A stretch of DNA of 64,000 nt, from assembly GCF_963921235.1 (NCBI RefSeq), contig NC_086108.1, positions 18,476,001 to 18,540,000 of the forward strand, given 5' to 3'. Of the stretch, positions 12,255 through 25,000 are shown one piece after another (positions within the stretch are counted from its first letter, which is position 1; every line of letters starts with the position of its first letter). Below the pieces are notes generated by a model. It saw only the letters and a list, made by a program, of their open reading frames with translations, had not been told where the DNA came from and ran no database searches. A program made the position numbers and the translations under genes. This stretch comes from Mobula hypostoma. Its lineage: Eukaryota.

Positions 12255-12690
12255 GTAGGAGACTGAAGGGTGTTTTTACAGAGATGCATAAAATCATGTG
12301 GGATATAGACATGGTGAGTGCACTCAGTTGCTCAGTTTTTTTTACACAGGTCTGGGGAAATCAAGAACAAGAGGGCAAAGCTTTGAGGTGAGCGGAGAGA
12401 GATTTATTTGGAACTTGAAAAGCAAATTTTTAACACAAGGTGTGGTCCATATGTAGAATGCACTGCCAGAAGAAGGGTTGAGCCAGATACAATAAGTACA
12501 TTCGAAAACATTCAGACAGGTACATGAATAGGAAAGGCTTAAAGCAGGGTTTCTCAACCTTTTTTTATGCTATGGATCCCTATCATTAGCCAAGGGGTCT
12601 GTGGACCCCAGGTTGGGAACCCCAGGCTTAAAGGAACAAGGGTCAGGTTGGCATTAGCTTGGATGACTGTCTTGGATGGTTGTCTCCCAG
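12255..12690 (+). mobile_element. Old CR1 3' fragment
   Basis: Similar to other CR1 3' ends; hosts a MITE. Confidence 0.7.
12545..12625 (+). mobile_element. ~80 bp hAT-type MITE
   Basis: TIR CAGGGTTTCTCAACCT / AGGTTGGGAACCCCAG; exact 8-bp TSD GCTTAAAG (12537-12544 and 12626-12633). Confidence 0.88.
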
Positions 12691-12744
12691 CAGTGGGAGA
12701 CCAAGAGTTATTACTTCATGTTGACATCCTTTCAATGAGATCAC

Positions 12745-13575
12745 AACCTGAAACTGGCACTTATCCTTGGAAGCGGAACAAGTGCTACACATGCTCTTAC
12801 ACTTCCTCCCACACTACCATTCAGGGCCCCAGACAGTCCTTCCAGGTGAGGTGACACTTCACCTGTGAGTCAGCTGGGGTGATATACTGCATCCGGTGCT
12901 CCCGATATGGCCTTCTATATATTGGCGAGACCCGACACAGACTGGGAGATCGTTTTGCTGAACACCTACGCTCTGTCGGCCAGGGAAAGCAGGATCTCCC
13001 AGTGGCCACACATTTTAATTCCACATCCCATTCCCATTCTGATATGTCTATCCATAGCCTCCTCTACCGTAAAGATGAAGCCACACTCAGGTTGGAGGAA
13101 CAACACCTTATATTCCATCTGGGTAGCCTCCAACCTGATGGCATGAACATTGACTTCTCAAACTTCTGCTAATACCTCACCTCCCCCCTCGTACCCCATC
13201 CGTTATTCATTTATATACATACATTCTTTCCCTCTCTCTCCTTTTTCTCCCTCTGTCCCTCTGACTATACCCCTTGCCCATCCTCTGGGTTTTTTTCCCC
13301 CTCTCCCCCTTTTCCTTCTCCCTGGGCCTCCTGTCCCATGATCCTCTCATATCCCTTTTGCCAATCACCTGTCTAGCTCTTGGCTCCATCCCTCCCCCTC
13401 CTGTCTTCTCCTATCATTTTGGATCTCCCCCTCCCCCTCCCACTTTCAAATCTCTTACTAGCTCTTCCTTCAGTTAGTCCTGACGAAGGGTCTCGGCCCG
13501 AAACGTCGACTGTACCTCTTCCTAGAGATGCTGCCTGGCCTGCTGCGTTCACCAGCAACTTTGATGTGTGTTGCT
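12745..13575 (+). mobile_element. Penelope-like element 3' part (GIY-YIG endonuclease and terminal repeat)
   Basis: ORF 12879..13172 IYCIRCSR..LYIGETRHRL..RFAEH is a GIY-YIG with Cys/His insert. Confidence 0.92.
13471..13512 (+). ncRNA. Minimal type I hammerhead ribozyme motif, intact
   Basis: AGTC-CTGACGA-A-GGG(TCTCGG)CCC-GAA-ACGT-C^GACT; stem I AGTC/GACT, stem II GGG/CCC, predicted GUC cleavage triplet. Confidence 0.85.
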
Positions 13576-13662
13576 GAAATATTACCTGTTTTCTCTCTCT
13601 GCCAACATTGCCTAACTTGCTGAAAGTTTCCAGTTTTTCTCAGTTTTCTCTCTTCATTACTT

Positions 13663-13935
13663 AGTTTATTTATTTATTGTGATACTGCACAGAATAGGCC
13701 CTTCCAGCCTTTCAAGCCACATCACTCAGCAGTCCCAATTTACCCTTAGCTTAATCATGGGACAATTTACAATGTTCAATTAACCTACCATCTGGTATGT
13801 TTTGGGCTGTTGGAGGAAACTGGAGCACCCAGAGAAAACCTACGCTGTCACAGAGAGAATGCACAAATTCCTTATAAACAGCAATGGGAATTGAACCTGG
13901 GCCAATGGCACTGTAAAGCTTTGTGCTACTGTGCT
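13663..13935 (-). mobile_element. tRNA-derived SINE
   Basis: B-box-like GGTTCAATTCCC on the minus strand near 13890; (AAAT)n tail. Confidence 0.6.
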
Positions 13936-13984
13936 GCTTCCAGGCACTAACTGCTAGGCATCTCAGACATACGGCAAGTCACCG

Positions 13985-14350
13985 AAACCTCCAGCCACTG
14001 TGCTCAGTAGGTTACCCTGCACAATTTCTGCCAGCCTCAGAGAAGTTCCACTCAACCTCCCCTCTCTATCCTCTAATGATGACCTACTCTTTCACAGCCA
14101 CTGACTGCTTCCCACCCCAGGATGTGCAACATGTGTCTGTTCATCTCTTCCCTGTCCGCCCATCATCTCAGGACCCACACAGTCTTTCCAGGTAAAGCAG
14201 CGATTCATTTCCATACTCTAGAGTACTGCGTTCAAAGGTCACAATGTTGTCTCTTCTGCATGGGAGAAACCAGATGCAGATTGGGTGACCACTGTGTGGA
14301 ACACCTCCATTTACCCACAAGGTCCTATTAATCAGAGCTTTAATTCCTCA
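13985..14350 (+). mobile_element. Old degenerate PLE GIY-YIG fragment
   Basis: YCVQRSQCCLFCMGETRCRLGDHCVEHL. Confidence 0.7.
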
Positions 14351-14389
14351 TCCACTCTCACCTTCTTGTTTGTGGTGTCCTGTACTGTC

Positions 14390-14805
14390 ATTCTGTATAC
14401 AGTCCCAATCCAGCCCCCTGAACAGCTCAATTGTATTCCAGACTTTAACTCACTCCTGGGTATATGTAACTACTCCCATGCCCCCAAACTGCTTGATTCA
14501 ATTCTAGCCTGAGGGTCACTCCTGCACATCCATTATCCGATATACTATGTAATCATCCCCAAAATCACTCAACTATATTCCAGTTATGTAACTTAGTCCT
14601 GGATATGTTATTCTCTGTATACCCCAAGCCCCTTGATTAGACTTCAACTTGTAACCCATTCCTGGGTTTTAAATAAAAATCTCCAAATGCCTTCAACATG
14701 ATTCTTATGTTTAACTCATCTGAGGATGTCTGTTATTCTATATATAAACTCCAACTCCTTGATTAAATTCCAGCCTATAACTTATTCCTGGATATCTGAT
14801 ATTGA
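14390..14805. repeat. Degenerate tandem repeat, unit about 60-65 bp
   Basis: Recurrent CCCCAA..CTTGATT.ATTCCAG..TAACT.A.TCCTGG.TAT.TG motif, roughly 6-7 copies. Confidence 0.6.
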
Positions 14806-14814
14806 ATTAAATCA

Positions 14815-15610
14815 AAGCAGCTGCTCAGGTTGACTCTGTGGTTAAGAAGGCGTATAGTGTATTGGCCTTCATCAATCGTGGAATTGAATTTAGGAGCCGA
14901 GAGGTAATGTTGCTATATAGGACCCTGGTCAGACCCCATATGGAGTACTGTGCTCAGATCTGGTCGCCTCACTATAGGAAGGATGTGGAAACCGTAGAAA
15001 GGGTGCAGAGGAGATTTACAAGGATGTTGCCTGGATTGGGAAGCATGCCCTATCAGGATAGGTTGAGTGAACTTGGCCTTTTCTTCTTGGAGCGATGGAG
15101 GAGAGGTGACCTGATACAGGTGTATAAGAGGCATTGATCGTGTGGATAGTCAGAGGCTTTTTCCCAAGGGCTGAAATGGTTGCCACAAGAGGACACAGGT
15201 TTAAGTTGCTAGGGAGTAGGTACAGAGGAGATGTCAGGGGTAAGTTTTTTACTCAGAGAGTGGTGAGTGCATGGAATGGGCTGCCAGCAATGGTGGTGGA
15301 GGTGGATACGATAGGGTCTTTTAAGAGACTTTTGGATAGATACATGGAGCTTAGAAAAATAGAGGGCTATAGGTAAGCCCAGTAATTTCTAAGGTAGAAT
15401 ATTCGGCACAGCTTTGTGGGCCGAAGGGCCTGTATTGTGCTGTAGGTTTTCTATGTTCCAGCAACACACATCAAAGTTGCTGGTGAACGCAGCAGGCCAG
15501 GCAGCATCTCTAGGAAGAGGTACAGTTGACGTTTCAGGCCGAGACCCTTCGTCCAGCAGCATCTGCAGAATTCCTGTTGTTTGAGGTTTTCTATGTTTCT
15601 GTGTTTCTAT
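14815..15610 (+). mobile_element. CR1 3' fragment
   Basis: LVRPHMEYC, VQRRFTRMLPG and FFTQRVV motifs; TTCTATG tail. Confidence 0.9.
15458..15583. mobile_element. 126-bp PLE mini-insertion (inverted arm plus sense tip)
   Basis: 14-bp TSD AGGTTTTCTATGTT (15444-15457 and 15584-15597). The antisense terminus with a truncated hammerhead is joined to the sense end CAGCATCTGCAGAATTCCTGTTGTTT. Confidence 0.85.
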
Positions 15611-15611
15611 G

Positions 15612-15915
15612 ACTTTATTTCTTACATCCTTCACATACACGAGGAGTAAAAATCTTTACGTTACGTCTAAATGTGCAATGTGCAATCATAGAACAGTCAA
15701 TGTAACATAAAAATACACTCAAATCAGCATGGGTTCATCAGTCTGATGGCCTGGTGGAAGAAGCTGTCCCGGAGCCTGTTGGTCCTGGCTTTTATGCTGC
15801 GGTACTGTTTCTCTGATGGTAGCAGCTGGAATAGATTGTGGATGGGGTGACTCGGGTCCCCAATGATCCTTCAGGCACTTTATTCACACCTGTCTTTATA
15901 AATGTTCTGAATCAT
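15612..15915 (-). mobile_element. Rex1/Babar-type LINE 3' fragment
   Basis: Minus-strand ACCAACAGGCTCCGGGACAGCTTCTTCCACCAGGCCATCAGA (TNRLRDSFFHQAIR). Confidence 0.7.
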
Positions 15916-16384
15916 GAAACCCCATATTGAACAGTCTTGTGCTTTGGTTACAGTGTGCTGTGACCCATTCCTGTGTATCTGTCATTCCTTAATATGGTCC
16001 ATTATGTCCCTGAGATGGCTGGCAGACAGGTGACAGTCAGAGAGAGGCTGACTGCACAGACAACAGAAATATTGGCCTTCGAGTAATGCTGTGAAGGAGG
16101 TACAAACTCTGACGCCTTTCTGATTTTTTCTCTGAATTTTTGTTGATTTCACCAGATTCAGACATAATTGCCAATAAATCACTCCTCAGTAGAGAGAGAA
16201 AAAAAGTTTAAAAATCCTTGACAGATTGGGGAGCCCATGGAGAGGTATTTAATTGATGGCTGGAAGGCAGAAGAGCATTGGAGACAGGCTCTCTCACTGG
16301 TATCAGTGCCAATCCTGCCCTCATGTGGTGAAATGGCAGAATGGCAAGTGTCTGGAATACCTGACTGGTCAATGGGGAAATCTG

Positions 16385-17060
16385 AATGAAATGAATGAAA
16401 TATCTTTATTGTCATTGCATAGTACAATTTGTCATGCGAAAATGAGTTTGCAACTCTCGTACTCAATGTTATAAAATAACAAATAAAATAAATAAACAAT
16501 AAAATCAAGTAACCAGCCAGTAAAATGTCCAGCAGTACAAAAGCACAACTCAGATGCATGACAGCCATAAAACCAGTATTAAAAGTAGCAATATAACAAT
16601 TTATGGATGATGCATGATCGATTGGTCCAGAGCAATTATAGTTCTGGGGAAAAAGCTATTTTTCTGTCTAGAAGTGCGGGCATAGAAAATCTTATAACGT
16701 CTGCCAGATGGAAGAAGTTCAAACAGATGAATGTATGGGTGTGTATTGTCCTTACAGATGCTTGTAGCTTTCCTTAGGCAGCGTGAGCTGTAGGTGTCCT
16801 CTAGGGCTGGAAGCTGTATCCCAATGATCTTCTGTGCGTTAGAGACGACCCGCTGAAGTGCTTTCCAATCAGCTGCTGTACAACCAGCTCACTAAGTTCT
16901 GTACCTCCGCTCTGTGAGCTGATTCATCTCTGTTGGAGATCAACCTGATAACTGTTGTATCATCTGCGAATCTGACGATGGTATTGGTGTTAAATGCAGG
17001 TACACAGTCTTAAGTGAAGAGGAAGTAGAGTATGGGACTCAATACACAACCTTGTGGTCT
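16385..17060 (-). mobile_element. Rex1/Babar-type LINE 3' fragment
   Basis: Minus-strand PQGCVLSPILYS and FADDT motifs; (TGAAA)n tail. Confidence 0.7.
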
Positions 17061-17204
17061 ATTGCCTTGTGGGGCAGCCCTGTTTTCAGCTGCTTAAGTG
17101 AATTTGTAGTTACACGGGTAGGGAAGTCAGACACTGCAGTTATATTCGGCTGTGCTTGATAAGTGAGAATTCCAGCATTTTGTTGTATCCTTGTGAATAA
17201 CTAA

Positions 17205-17735
17205 GATTCTATGCACCTTAACATTCATGAATACCTTCAGCCCTGGCAGTGCGTTCCACACCCCAACCATTTTCTGTGTAAAAAAATCTGCCATCCCTCG
17301 TATACATCCCTCCAAATCACCTTCAAGTTATGCCTTCTTGTGTTAGCCATTTACACCCCAGGAAAATCTCCATGGCTCTCCAGTCTATCTATGCCTCTAT
17401 CAAGTCACCTCTCGTCCTTATTCACTCTAAAGAGAAAAACTCTAACGCACTCAACCTAGACATGTTCTTTAATCTAGGTGGCATCCTGGTAAATCTCCAC
17501 TGTACCCTTCTACAACTTCACCATCTTTCCTATCACAAGGCAACCAGAACTGAGCTAATATTACAAGTGAAGTCTGACCAGAGTTGTATTAGACAGCAAC
17601 ATTGCCACATGGTTCTTAAACTCAATCCCCCAACTAATGAGGCCAAACACACCATACGCCTTCTTAACCATCCTATCACTTTCTGCTGCAACTTTGAGGG
17701 ATCTATGGACATCAACCCCAAGATCTCTCTGTTCC
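17205..17735 (-). mobile_element. Old CR1 3' fragment
   Basis: FFTQKMVGVWNALP and related DNA similarity. Confidence 0.75.
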
Positions 17736-17739
17736 TCCA

Positions 17740-19330
17740 AGGACTTCTGGTGAGAGGGGATCCAAGCAGGGCCAGGGAGATGCAGTCACTTCCTTCTGCA
17801 TAACTTTACCCTGTTCAGTGCTTGGCTGGAGAGAACCTGGTGATCAACAGCCTCAGCTTCCAAGGACACAAATCACAGAGGTATATTTGTAGGTGATCTC
17901 TGTGAAGAAGAAGGAATACAACAGTGATTCTGCTTTCAGGTGGCTGCCTGACAAGGCACTACCCTGGGTCGATCCTGATGCTGACTAGAAGCCAATTTAA
18001 TGTCTCAGTCCTAACCACCCAGCTCCATCAGGGTGGCTGTAGTGACAGGTGCCTTGGGAAGAAGATGGGAGATTTGAAGTACTGTTAAGTGGTAGTGAAG
18101 TTCCTCAGTGAGGAAAGCCCCTTCATCATGACCTCTTTACCCAGGAGGTCCTGCTGGAGTGCTGGGATATCAGAAGGTGCTGCAGTATTTTCAGGCTTCA
18201 TTGTCACTGCTGAAGGCACAACCACTCCTCCCCACCAGAAGGAGCGCGAGGTAATGATACACATGCGTAACCCACATGAGACCATGGAGGATGTCCTCAT
18301 CCTGCCTCGTTATGTCCAGGAAGCAGGAAGCTGTGTGGAGATCAAGAGGTGTTTTTGATCTGGACCAGAAAGCACCAGGTGAAGATCAGGCTAAAGGTGG
18401 ATGAGATAGAGCTATTACCCACTCATACTCTGTATTCACCACCAGAGGCAACCGTAGGTACATGTGATATGCAAAACAACCCAGACTGGGTTGTCGTAAC
18501 TGCTACAGACCCAGGCAAGTAGCACCCAATGCAATTCAGTCATCTGCAAGAATTGCGAGTGGAAAAGCTACCAAACCACGGACCGCGGGGAACAAAGATG
18601 AACAATTAACAGTGTTCAGAGAAAGGCTGACACACACCCTAACAATGTAGATCCCCTAGGTCAGACTGAGACTAGAAGATGAGGAAAGATAAACTGCCTT
18701 GAGCTCCCAAACCCTAGCCATAGGGGGGAGTCAATGGAAGAGGGGAGGGCAGAAAGGCAAGAAGCAGAATGGTGGGTGGAGAAAAGGAAGATAAACACCA
18801 CCTCTGACAATGGGCATCTGAGAGTGAAAGTATTAGGAAGAAAAGCGTAGTGCTACAGACAGACATCAGCAACCTTTCCTCACCTGGAGATGAAATTGAC
18901 AAAACAGACAGAGGAAGCATCAGAACCGAGGTGATAAAGAGGAGGAGGGAAGTTTGCAGACAAACCCAAGTGATGAAAGGAGTTTGCCCTCCACTCCTCA
19001 GCTCTGGGAGACCAGGAGAAGCACCAAGTCTAACATACCCCAGCTCTAGAAGATGGCGGGTACTGAGGCCAGGACAGGTACACAGAATAATCCCCCCCAC
19101 CCACCTCGCTTTGAAAGCAGCAGCATCACCAGAAGGGACCACACATCCTGCGGAGTTCATTCCCAAAAACTGAGCCCGAAAATGGTGCGGTGGTTCACCA
19201 AGGCTACTGACACAAGGGCCCAGGCTGATAGACAATGGACTGCATTTGTCAACCCTGTACTTGAAAGTAATTATGAAGATAAAACTAGCCTCAGTAAATA
19301 TCTGCAGTGTGAAGAGTGATGTGTTAACAC
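17740..19330. mobile_element. Highly decayed, possibly Tx1/L1-like LINE fragments
   Basis: Endonuclease/RT-like patches only; no clean motifs. Confidence 0.35.
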
Positions 19331-19359
19331 TTTGCAGGACCTGGCCTAGGTCAAAATAC

Positions 19360-22040
19360 ATCAGAATCAGAATCAGGTTTAATATCACCAACATATGTTG
19401 TGAAATATGTTGTCTTTGCTACAGCAGTACATGCAATACATAATAACAGGGAAAAATGTGAATTACAGTAAGTACACCCTATCCTCTTTATATGCGAGGG
19501 ATACGTTCCTCTAAGTTGACGCACAATGTGACATCGCATAATGTCAATAATTATTTAAATAGAGAGGGCTTCAGAGGACTTCCTAAATATGTTTTATCTG
19601 TAATTTATTCACATTTTTATACCAATATGACACAAAAGCAGTACTACAAGACAATATTTATATTATATTTAATCAATTTAAGGTAATATTAAATGTAATA
19701 AATCATAGAAAGTTAACATCCTCTGGTGTACAGTACTCACCAACAGTGGCAGGTGTGTTCGCTCTGGGAGATGAGTGGTTGTTGTGGTGTCGGGCAGCTT
19801 TACACGGATAAGGTGGATGGTTGTGGTCGTCAGGATCATATCAAGCACAGCAAGGGGTGAAGGAAGACTCACAGAACTCTTAGAACTGCCAGCAGCAGAA
19901 GATTACAGTGATTTGCGTAAAAATGGTGAGGATTGTTTGCTTGGCAGCATTTTGTTTTTCAGCATAAATTTGCTTGTAGGGAAGAAGGGTTGACGGCAGA
20001 GAACGACTGAAATGCTGACTCCGTTCAAAACTTGGGTCCATGTCCATCGCCATTTGTGCCAAGTGTTCCGACTTCCACCATTCCCTCACTGTTGGCAAAC
20101 TCCTGGGATTTTTAAAATCTTCTGTTGCTTGCAGCATCTGTGAGATAGTTTGCGGTAAAAAAAAAATACGCACGCCTTGAATGTGGATTACACCTTGGTC
20201 GAATGGTTGAATCAGCGATGTTGTGTTAAGCGGCAGGAAACGCACTGTAATGTTAGGATGAATGCTGTCCACATGTTTAGGATGGACTGGCGCATTGTCA
20301 AGCAACAAAAGAACTTTAAAGGCAAGATTCTGTTGCTGGCAGTAGCGTCCCAGAGCTGTGTTACGTTCAGCAGTTTATAATTTCCAACTTTTTTCCAAGT
20401 GTTAAAGCGGTTCTCTGCCGCTCGGCTGACGGCCCAAAACATGACATCGGACGCTTAGGAGGCATAGTTAAATATTTCAAGCACAAAATCACTGCACCAT
20501 AGGTAAAACCAACAGAAGTTTAAGATCGCGCATCCACACCTTGCCAAAACCAATGCGAGAGTGGTGGGAGAGAGATTGTGAGGCGCACACCTGACTTGTA
20601 TTGGCGGGAAAGCGGTGCTTCTCATCCCAACAGAGAGACTGTGAAGTGTGCGCACCTGACTTGTATTGGCGGGAAGGCAGTGCTCCTCGCATAACTGTGA
20701 GTTTTGGACGCATGTAACGAGACGTTGATAGAAATTGGTTCCTCGCGTGACTGTGAATCCGCATAGTCTGAAGATGTATATAACGAGGATAGGGTGTATA
20801 TAGAAATGTATTAAATAGTTAAACTAAATAAGTACTGCAAAAATAAAAATAAAAAACAGTGAGGTGGTGTTTGTGAGTTCAATGTCCATTCAGAAATCGG
20901 ATGGCAGAGGGGAAGAAGCTGTTCCTGAATCGTTGAGTGTGTGCCTTCAGGTACATCTGTAGAAATTGCAAGTGTCTTTGGTGACATACCATATTTCCTC
21001 AAACTCCTTATAGCCACTGTCATGTCTTCTTTGCAGCTGCATCAGTACATCGGATCCAAGATAGATCCTCAGAGATATTGACACCCAGGAACTTGAAATT
21101 GCTCACCTTTCCACTTCTGATCCCTCTATGAGGACAGGAGTGTGTTCCCTCGTCCTACCCTTTTTGAAGTCCACAATCAGTTCTTTGGTCTTACTGACAC
21201 TGAATGCAAGGCTGTTGCTGCAACACCACTCCACTAGCTGGTATATCTCACTCTGAAGTTGGTCACCATCACCATCTGAAATTGGTTGTATTGTCAACAA
21301 ATTTATAGATGGCATTTGAGCTATGCCTATTCCCACAGTCATGGGTGAAGAGAGAGTAGAGCAGTAGGCTAAGCACACATCCTTGTGGTGCGCCAGTGTT
21401 GATTGTCAGCGGGGTGGAGATGTTATTTCCGATCAGCACAGATTGTGGTCTCCCAGTTAGGAAGCTGAGGATCCAGTTGCAGAGGGAGGTACAGAGACAC
21501 AGATTCTGGAGCTTTACAATCAGAACTATGGTGTTAAACACTGAGCTGTAGTCAATAAACAGCATCCTGACATAGGTATTTGTATTGTCCAGATTATCCA
21601 AGATCACATGAAGAACCAATCGGATCACATCAACTGCAAAGTTATTGTGATGATAGACAAATTGCAGTGGATCCAGGTCCTTGCTGAGACAGGAGTTAAC
21701 TCTAGCCATAACCAACTTCTCAAAGCATTTCATCACCATAGATCTGAGTGTTAGTGGATGATAGTCATTATGACAGCTCACCCTGCTCTTCTTGGGCATT
21801 TGTATGATTGTTGCCCTTTTGAATCAGGTGGGAACTTCTGACCGTAGCAGTGGGAGATTGAAAAAGTGTTTGAACACCCCCGCCAGTTGGTTGGCACAGG
21901 TTTGCAGACCCTTACCAGGTACTCCACTGTTACCTTACAAGGGTTCACCCTCTTGAAAAACAGCTTGACATTGGCCTCCGAGACAGAGACCACAGGGTCA
22001 TCAGGTACTGCAGGGATCCTCACAGCTGTAGATTTATTCT
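19360..22040 (-). mobile_element. Rex1/Babar-type LINE (RT to 3' tail) interrupted by Tigger
   Basis: ORF 21269..21799: [36 protein letters not shown]; (TCAGAA)n tail at about 19361. Confidence 0.88.
19475..20796 (-). mobile_element. Deleted pogo/Tigger-like DNA transposon
   Basis: 19-bp TIR CACCCTATCCTC(T/G)TTATAT; TA TSD; DDE remnant LLDNAPVHP..FLPLNTTSLIQPFDQGVI (19880-20308). Confidence 0.92.
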
Positions 22041-25000
22041 CTAACTGGACGCTCCACTTGACCCTAACTGGCTGCTCCGCTTGACCTGAACTGGATGCTC
22101 CGCTTCACCCTAACTGGATGCTTCGCTTCACCCAAACTGGACGCTTCACTTGACCCTAACTGGTCACACAGCTTCACCCAAATGGGTGATCCATTTGACC
22201 CTAACTGGATACTCCGCTTGACCCAAACTGGACACTTTGCTTGACCCTAACTGGACGCACTGCTTCACCCTAATAGGTGCTCCGTTTGACCCTACACGGA
22301 CAATTTGCTTGATCCATACTCTATTACTGGCACATTCCAAAAACGGCCGCTCCACTTGACCCTAACTGGACACTCTGCTTGACCCTAACTGGATGCTTCA
22401 CTTGACCCTAACTGGATGCACAACTTGACCCTAACTGGACACTTTGCTTGACCAAAACTGGATGCTTCACTTGACCCTAACTGGGGGTCCGCTTGATCCT
22501 AATGGCCACTCCACTTGACCCTAACTGGACACTCCACTTGACCCAAACTGGATGCTTCACTTGACCCTAACTGGGGGTCCGCTTGATACTAATGGCCACT
22601 CCACTTGACCCTAACTGGACACTTTGCTTGACCCATACTCTATTACTGGCACATTCAAACAACGGCCACTCCACTTGAACCTAGCAGGACGCTCCACTTG
22701 ACCACAACTGGCTGCCACGCATGACCCTAACTGGACACTCCACTTGACCCAAACCAGATGCTTCACTTGACCCTAACTGGGGGTCCGCTTGATACTAATG
22801 GTCACTCCACTTGACCCTAACTGGACACTTTGCTTGACCCATACTCTATTACTGGCACATTCAAACAACGGCCACTCCACTTGAACCTAGCAGGACGCTC
22901 CACTTGACCACAACTGGCTGCCACGCATGACCCTAACTGGACACTCCACTTGACCCAAACCGGATGCTTCACTTGACCCTAACTGGGGGTCCGCTTGATA
23001 CTAATGGTCACTCCACTTGACCCTAACTGGCCGCTCCACTTGCCCCTAACTGCACGCTCTGCTTGCCCCTAACTGGATGCTCCACCTGACCCTAACTGGA
23101 TGCTCCGCTTGACCCAAACTGGACACCGCTTGACCCTAACTGGACGCTTCACTTGACCCATACTCTTTTACTGGCACATTCTAACAATGGCCGCTCCATT
23201 TAACCCTAACTGAACACTCCACTTGTCCCTATCTGGCTGCCATGCTTGACCCTAACTGGCTGCTCCGCTTGACCCTAACCGACTGCTCGGCTTGAGACTA
23301 ACTGGATGCTCCGCTTGACCCTAACTGGATGCTTCATTTGACCCATACTCTATTACTGGCACATTCAAACAATGGCCGCTCCACTTGACCCTAACTGGCT
23401 GTTCCGCTTGACCCTAACAGGACACTCCAGCTTGACTGTAACTGGATGCTCCACCTGACCCTAACTGGATGCTTTACTTGACCCTAACTGGATGCTTTGC
23501 TTAACCCATATTCTATTACTGGCACATTCAATCAACAGCTGCTCCACTTGACTCTAACTGGACGCTCCACTTGACCCTAACAGGACGCTCCACTTGACCA
23601 CAACTGGCCGCCACACTTGACCTTAACTGAATGCTCTGCTTGACCCAAACCGGATGCTTCGCTTGACCCTAACTGGGCGTCCGCTTGACCCTAATGGCCA
23701 CTCCACTTGACCCTAACTGGACACTTTGCTTGACCCATACTCTATTACAGGCACTTTTAAACAACAGCCGCTCCACTTGACTCTAACTGGACGCTCTGCT
23801 TGATCCTAACTGCACGCTCCACTTGCCCCTAACTGGATGCTCCACCTGACCCTAACTGGATGCTCCGCTTGACCCAAACTGGACGCTTTGCTTGACCCTA
23901 ACTGGATGCACAGCTTCACCCTAATGGGTGCTTATTTGACCCTAACTGGACACGCCGCTTGACCCAAACTGGACACCGCTTGACCCTAACTGGACCCTCT
24001 GCTTGACCCTAACTGGACGCTTCACTTGACCCATACTCTTTTACTGGCACATTCTAACAATGGCCGCTCCATTTGACCCTAACTGAATGCTCCACTTGTC
24101 CCTATCTGGCTGCCACGCTTGACCCTAACTGGCTGCTCCGCTTGACCCTAACTGAATGCTCGGCTTGACCCTAACTGGCTGTTCCGCTTGACCCTAACAG
24201 GACACTCCGGCTTGAATGTAACTGGATGCTCCACCTGACCCTAACTGGATGTTTTACTTGACCCTAACTGGACGCTTCGCTTAACCCATATTCTATTACT
24301 GGCACATTCAAACAACAGCCACTCCACTTGACTCTAACTGGACGCTCCACTTGACCCTAACAGGATGCTCCACTTGACCAGAACTGGCCGCCACGCTTGA
24401 CCTTAACTGGATGCTCCGCTGGACCCTAACTGGATGCTTTGCTTGACCCATACTCTTTTACTGGCACATTCAAACAACGGCTGTTCCACTTGACCCTAAC
24501 TGGACACCCCGCTTGATCCAAACCGGATGCTTCGCTTGACCCTAACTGGGGGTCCGCTTCACTCTAATGGTCACTCCACTTGACCCTAACCGGACACCTT
24601 GCTTGACGCATACTCTATTACTGGCACATTCAAACAATGGCCACTCCACTTGACTCTAACTGGACGCTCCACTTGCCCTTAACTAGATGCTGAACTTTAC
24701 CTTAACTGGATGCTCCACTTGACCCTAACTGGATGCTTCGCTTGACACATCCTCTATTACTGGCATACTTAATCAACGGCTTTTCAACTTGACCCTATCT
24801 GGACACTCTACTTGACCCAAACTGGACACTTTGCGTGACCCATACTCTATTACTGGCACATTCAAACAACGGCCACTCCACTTCAGTCTAACTGGACACT
24901 CCGCTTGACCCATTCTCTATTACTGGCACATTCAAACAACAGCTGTTCCACTTGACCCAAATGGCCACTCCGCTTGACCCTAACTGGATGCACAGCTTCA

